Source: a virus
Lineage: Duplodnaviria > Heunggongvirae > Uroviricota > Caudoviricetes
Reading direction: 5' to 3' (one strand)
Virus record (IMG/VR): IMGVR_UViG_2703718835_000004
DNA length: 10,170 bases
Each line of letters starts with the position of its first letter. Within the stretch, counting starts at the first letter, position 1. The notes under the pieces are model-generated. The model saw only the letters and a list, made by a program, of their open reading frames with translations, did not search any database and had not been told where the DNA came from. Below are positions 6,550-10,170 of the stretch, in pieces. Made by a program: the position numbers and the translations under genes.

Positions 6550-8139
6550 ATGTCTCAATATTCAATTCAACAGTCATTAGGTAATGCATCCGGTGTCGCT
6601 GTTAGCCCGATCAATGCCGATGCGACGTTATCTACCGGTGTTGTATTAAATAGCAGCTTGTGGGCAGGTATTGGTGTATTTGCGCGTGGCAAGCCGTTTA
6701 CTGTTCTTGCGGTTACTGAGTTCAATTACGAAGATGTTCTCGGCGAACCGCTGAAGCCGTCCTCCGGCTCACAGTTCGAACCAATTCGCCATGTGTACGA
6801 AGCTATTCAGCAAACGTCTGGTTATGTTGTCCGTGCTGTTCCGGATGATGCGAAGTTCCCGATTATTATGTTCGATGAATCAGGCGAACCGGCTTACAGT
6901 GCGTTGCCATACGGTTCTGAAATTGAACTTGATAGCGGCGAAGCCTTTGCTATCTACGTTGATGATGGTGATCCGTGTATTTCTCCTACCCGTGAGTTAA
7001 CCATCGAAACGGCAACAGCGGACAGCGCGGGTAATGAACGCTTCCTCTTAAAACTGACCCAGACGACTTCGCTCGGTGTGGTAACGACCCTGGAGACACA
7101 CACTGTGTCTTTGGCGGAAGAAGCGAAAGATGACATGGGCCGCTTGTGTTATCTGCCTACGGCTCTGGAAGCCCGTTCTAAATATCTGCGCGCGGTTGTT
7201 AATGAAGAGCTGATTTCGACGGCGAAAGTAACAAATAAAAAATCGCTGGCGTTCACTGGCGGTACCAACGGCGATCAGTCGAACATTTCCACTGCTGTTT
7301 ACCTGCGTGCGGTGAAAGTGCTGAACAATGCGCCGTACATGTACACCGCTGTTCTCGGCCTGGGTTGCTATGACAATGCGGCGATCACTGCGTTAGGTAA
7401 TATCTGTTCTGATCGCTTGATTGATGGCTTCTTTGATGTCAAACCGACATTGACGTACACGGAAGCGATCTCTGCTGTTGAAGATACCGGTTTACTTGGT
7501 ACCGATTATGTAAGCTGTGCTGTCTATCATTTCCCGTTCTCCTGCAAAGACAAATGGACCCAATCCCGCGTGGTCTTCGGTCTGTCTGGCGCGGCGTATG
7601 CGGCGAAAGCTCGTGGCGTCAAGAAAAACTCCGATGTCGGCGGTTGGCATTACTCACCGGCTGGTGAAGAACGTGCCGTCATTGCTCGTGCATCACTTCA
7701 GCCGCTGTATCCTGAAGACACCCCGGACGAAGAAGCTATGGTCAAGGGCCGACTCAATAAAGTATCTGTAGGTACTTCGGGCCAGATGATCATCGATGAT
7801 GCTTTAACTTGCTGCACGCAGGACAACTATCTGCATTTCCAGCACGTCCCATCCCTGATGAACGCAATCAGCCGTTTCTTTGTCCAGTTAGCCCTACAGA
7901 TGAAGCATAACCCGGACGGCATTACTGAGTCTGGCCTGACTAAAGGGATGACCAAACTTTTGGATCGCTTTGTCGCCTCCGGCGCTCTGGTGGCTCCTCG
8001 TGATCCTGATGCTGACGGTACAGAACCGTATGTGCTGAAAGTTACGCAGGCGGAATTCGATAAATGGGAAGTAGTCTGGGCCTGCTGCCCGACTGGCGTA
8101 GCCCGTCGTATCCAGGGCGTACCGCTGCTTATTAAGTAA
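6550..8139 (+). CDS. Contractile tail sheath protein, 529 aa
   Basis: The central/C-terminal region carries a pattern I recognise from myovirus sheath proteins such as P2 FI (...AFTGGTNGDQSN...AVYLRAV..., ...AAYAAKARGVKKNSDVGGWHYSPAG...). Size (~57 kDa) and position directly after the head gene are consistent. Confidence 0.7.
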   Translation: MSQYSIQQSLGNASGVAVSPINADATLSTGVVLNSSLWAGIGVFARGKPFTVLAVTEFNYEDVLGEPLKPSSGSQFEPIRHVYEAIQQTSGYVVRAVPDDAKFPIIMFDESGEPAYSALPYGSEIELDSGEAFAIYVDDGDPCISPTRELTIETATADSAGNERFLLKLTQTTSLGVVTTLETHTVSLAEEAKDDMGRLCYLPTALEARSKYLRAVVNEELISTAKVTNKKSLAFTGGTNGDQSNISTAVYLRAVKVLNNAPYMYTAVLGLGCYDNAAITALGNICSDRLIDGFFDVKPTLTYTEAISAVEDTGLLGTDYVSCAVYHFPFSCKDKWTQSRVVFGLSGAAYAAKARGVKKNSDVGGWHYSPAGEERAVIARASLQPLYPEDTPDEEAMVKGRLNKVSVGTSGQMIIDDALTCCTQDNYLHFQHVPSLMNAISRFFVQLALQMKHNPDGITESGLTKGMTKLLDRFVASGALVAPRDPDADGTEPYVLKVTQAEFDKWEVVWACCPTGVARRIQGVPLLIK

Positions 8140-8148
8140 GGAAATACA

Positions 8149-8964
8149 ATGAGCAAAAACTTTTTTCAATCCGGGGCATTTTTGGGGAATGGACTGTCTC
8201 GTTTCGCTTTGAACTCTGATCTTGTGCAGTTGATGGAGTCTGCCCGAGCAAGCGCCGAACCGACAATAGATCCGGTTATTAATAATAATCCGGAACCGGC
8301 GGCACAGACTAACGATAATGCTCCATCTGCCACGGCTCCTGAGCAAATCCTGGAAGGGAAAGACGGTAAAGAATGGACCGTCGAACAGGCGCACCAGATG
8401 ATTCTGGAAGCTGCAAATCGAAGTGCTATGCAGAATGCGTTGAGTGATGCGGCCGACGCCGTTTTCGCCTGGGCTGATAGCGGTGATCTGACTTTCGACT
8501 CCCTTGATGGTTTCGTTCAGGCTATCGCTGGTATCTCTGATGACGACGACTCCGAAGTTACAGAAGAACAGGACGATGCCTATAACGAAGCATGGGCAAA
8601 TGTTGCTGACTTCCTCGCAGCATGCGGTGTAGATGATGACCTGATCGAAGCACTGGCTGACGATGAAGACGACGACGCAGCTGCTGATGTTGGTGCCTCT
8701 ATCGCTGGTTTAGATAGCGACGACCGCGACGAACTGGAAGCGGCGTTTGTTGTTGCTGGCACTTCTGATGAAATGCTGACTGAAGCATTTAAGAAGGTTG
8801 TTCGTAACGGTGAGATCAAACTCATCCGTAAACGCCTGCGTAAAAAACGTCTGACTGCGGCTCAAAAATCGGCGCTGAAAAAAGCGCGTCGAAAAGCCCA
8901 GACCGGCGCGGCAAAACTTGCCCGCAAAAAGTCAATGAAACTGCGCCGTAAGCGCCTTGGCTAA
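8149..8964 (+). CDS. Hypothetical virion-module protein, 271 aa, strongly acidic body with a highly basic C-terminal tail
   Basis: ATG at 8149 lies 5 nt after AAGGAAA. The body contains acidic runs (DDDDSEVTEEQDD, DDEDDDAAAD, DSDDRDELE); the last ~56 residues contain about 26 Lys/Arg (LIRKRLRKKRLTAAQKSALKKARRKAQTGAAKLARKKSMKLRRKRLG). No family recognised. Confidence 0.7.
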   Translation: MSKNFFQSGAFLGNGLSRFALNSDLVQLMESARASAEPTIDPVINNNPEPAAQTNDNAPSATAPEQILEGKDGKEWTVEQAHQMILEAANRSAMQNALSDAADAVFAWADSGDLTFDSLDGFVQAIAGISDDDDSEVTEEQDDAYNEAWANVADFLAACGVDDDLIEALADDEDDDAAADVGASIAGLDSDDRDELEAAFVVAGTSDEMLTEAFKKVVRNGEIKLIRKRLRKKRLTAAQKSALKKARRKAQTGAAKLARKKSMKLRRKRLG

Positions 8965-8990
8965 AGGAGGAGGCCGGAGAACTCCGGCCT
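8965..8990 (+). promoter_or_regulatory. Shine-Dalgarno sequence separated from its start codon by a stable hairpin (split ribosome-binding site)
   Basis: AGGAGGAGG at 8965-8973 follows the upstream stop; a hairpin at 8971-8990 (7-8 bp GC-rich stem, loop gaac) precedes ATG 9000. There is no SD within 5-12 nt of the ATG, and an in-frame TGA at 8997-8999 rules out an earlier start. Confidence 0.4.
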
Positions 8991-8999
8991 TTAACTTGA

Positions 9000-9581
9000 A
9001 TGGCTCCTATAGCTTATGGGGTTTACAGCCAGGCTGACGGTGTATCGCCATATCTGAAAGTTACTTTAACGAACTCTCAGTACCAGGTTACCGGATATAT
9101 CAGCCAGGGAGCGGCAATGAACATGGCCCAGAATTGGGAAGCGCCGTTTACCGGTATGTCCATGGGATCTGTTTCTGGTGCTCTGGGTGGTTTTGTGCAA
9201 GTAGGTACTGAAACAACGTCGGTTGCCCGTTGGAATAGCTTAATGGTTTGGGAAGGGGGGACTCCGCCGACGTTCACGCTGCCTGTAACTTTCATTGCTT
9301 TGAACAATCCATTCATTGAAGTTTCAGGCGCTATCGCCGCGTTGACAGCCATGATTAGCCCGGAACTAAAAGCGGCCAATGTTGGTGGTCGAATCCCGGA
9401 GCGCGTGACGCTAAACATTGGTCGCCGGATCAACATCACCGATGTCGCCATCCAGGACTTAAGTTTTGATCTCGATGCGCCAAGGGACAGTAATGGATAT
9501 TTCCTGAAAAACACCGTCAACCTCCAGTTGACCGGTTCTTCGATATATAACAGCTCCGATATTGTTCGGGCGTTCCAGTAA
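9000..9581 (+). CDS. Hypothetical phage structural protein, 193 aa (tail tube or other tail component is possible)
   Basis: Co-directional ORF in the sheath operon with protein-like composition; size (~21 kDa) fits a tail-tube-class protein, but no motif was recognised. Confidence 0.6.
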   Translation: MAPIAYGVYSQADGVSPYLKVTLTNSQYQVTGYISQGAAMNMAQNWEAPFTGMSMGSVSGALGGFVQVGTETTSVARWNSLMVWEGGTPPTFTLPVTFIALNNPFIEVSGAIAALTAMISPELKAANVGGRIPERVTLNIGRRINITDVAIQDLSFDLDAPRDSNGYFLKNTVNLQLTGSSIYNSSDIVRAFQ

Positions 9582-9592
9582 AAGGATTTTAT

Positions 9593-10102
9593 ATGGGGCA
9601 CAATAACACTAAGGGAAACCGTAAATTTATTAAGGGCCGCTATACTGCCAACGCGGCCAAAGGCGAACGACTGGTATCTTCTGAATTCCAGCTCACTTTT
9701 GCAGGCCATGAAGATATCAGCGTACTGGTTCGTACGTCGCAAATCCCTGAAATGACTCGAGAGAATGTGGAGGACTATGGTCCGAATGGTGTGAAGTTCA
9801 ACCAGCACGGACCAATTCGAAACTCTGGGGAAATCCAGGTCCAGTGCGTGGAGACTATCGAAGGCGATATTCTTCAGTTCATTAAGGATCGCATTGCGGC
9901 GAAGGACTATGTTGATATCACGATGGCTGCTACCCCTGAATCCAAATCTTCCGGGGTTAACGCTGTGACAAAAGCTGCTACAACAATTGAAATGTTGGAC
10001 TGCAAAATCTACAGTGATGCAATCGACTTTAGTACCGAAGATGTGACTGCCGCTGTGCGCCCGTCACTTCGTATCGTCTACAACTGGATTGAGTGGGATT
10101 AA
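9593..10102 (+). CDS. Hypothetical phage structural protein, 169 aa (tail-associated candidate)
   Basis: ATG at 9593 lies 5 nt after AAGGA (9583-9587), 11 nt after the previous stop; the gene is followed by a strong intrinsic terminator, as expected for an abundantly expressed structural gene. Confidence 0.6.
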   Translation: MGHNNTKGNRKFIKGRYTANAAKGERLVSSEFQLTFAGHEDISVLVRTSQIPEMTRENVEDYGPNGVKFNQHGPIRNSGEIQVQCVETIEGDILQFIKDRIAAKDYVDITMAATPESKSSGVNAVTKAATTIEMLDCKIYSDAIDFSTEDVTAAVRPSLRIVYNWIEWD

Positions 10103-10121
10103 GAGTCATCCCTTGTATTTT

Positions 10122-10148
10122 AAAGCTCCTTCGGGAGCTTTTTTATTT
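10122..10148 (+). terminator. Rho-independent terminator with a UUCG tetraloop
   Basis: Stem aaagctcc (10122-10129) pairs with ggagcttt (10134-10141) around loop ttcg, followed by a T run (TTTTTTATTT, 10139-10148), 20 nt after the TAA at 10100-10102. Confidence 0.85.
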
Positions 10149-10170
10149 GGAGTGACCCGTCCTGAATAGC

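Noticed and set aside
7827-8394. Minus-strand ORFs of 109 aa and 166 aa spanning the sheath/acidic-protein junction
   Set aside because: Antisense to two tightly linked plus-strand genes with good SD sequences; the translations are Arg/Ser/Cys-rich and junk-like.
9077-9808. 243-aa minus-strand ORF spanning the 193-aa and 169-aa genes
   Set aside because: Despite its length, it is antisense to two plus-strand genes that have proper SD sequences, tight coupling and a downstream terminator. It has no SD, its composition is Arg/Ser/Leu-biased, and it would run against the direction of the whole operon.

Overview
This window reads as the plasmid-maintenance core of a P1/P7-family phage-plasmid, flanked on the left by an insertion sequence and running on the right into a phage structural operon. 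Left to right: (1) the last ~600 bp of an IS903-family (IS5 family) element with its 18-bp terminal inverted repeat and the 5' part of its transposase on the minus strand, cut by the window edge; (2) the 3' remnant of a gene that the IS insertion truncated, followed by a hairpin terminator; (3) an oriR-type origin with tandem DnaA boxes, five clustered GATC sites and four 19-bp iterons; (4) repA; (5) a second iteron cluster (incA-like) between repA and par; (6) an autoregulated-looking parA promoter/operator, parA, parB (ATGA overlap) and a parS-like centromere; (7) a co-directional structural operon: a ~568-aa putative major head protein, a 529-aa tail sheath protein, a 271-aa acidic protein with a very basic C-terminal tail, and 193-aa and 169-aa proteins ending in a strong intrinsic terminator. 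I found no CRISPR array, tRNA or rRNA, and no recognisable defence or anti-defence system. All calls are from reading the sequence and recalled family knowledge; no database search was run. The most unusual items are the apparently shortened incA iteron array, the variant parS boxes, the acidic/basic bipartite protein in the tail module, and a hairpin-split ribosome-binding site.
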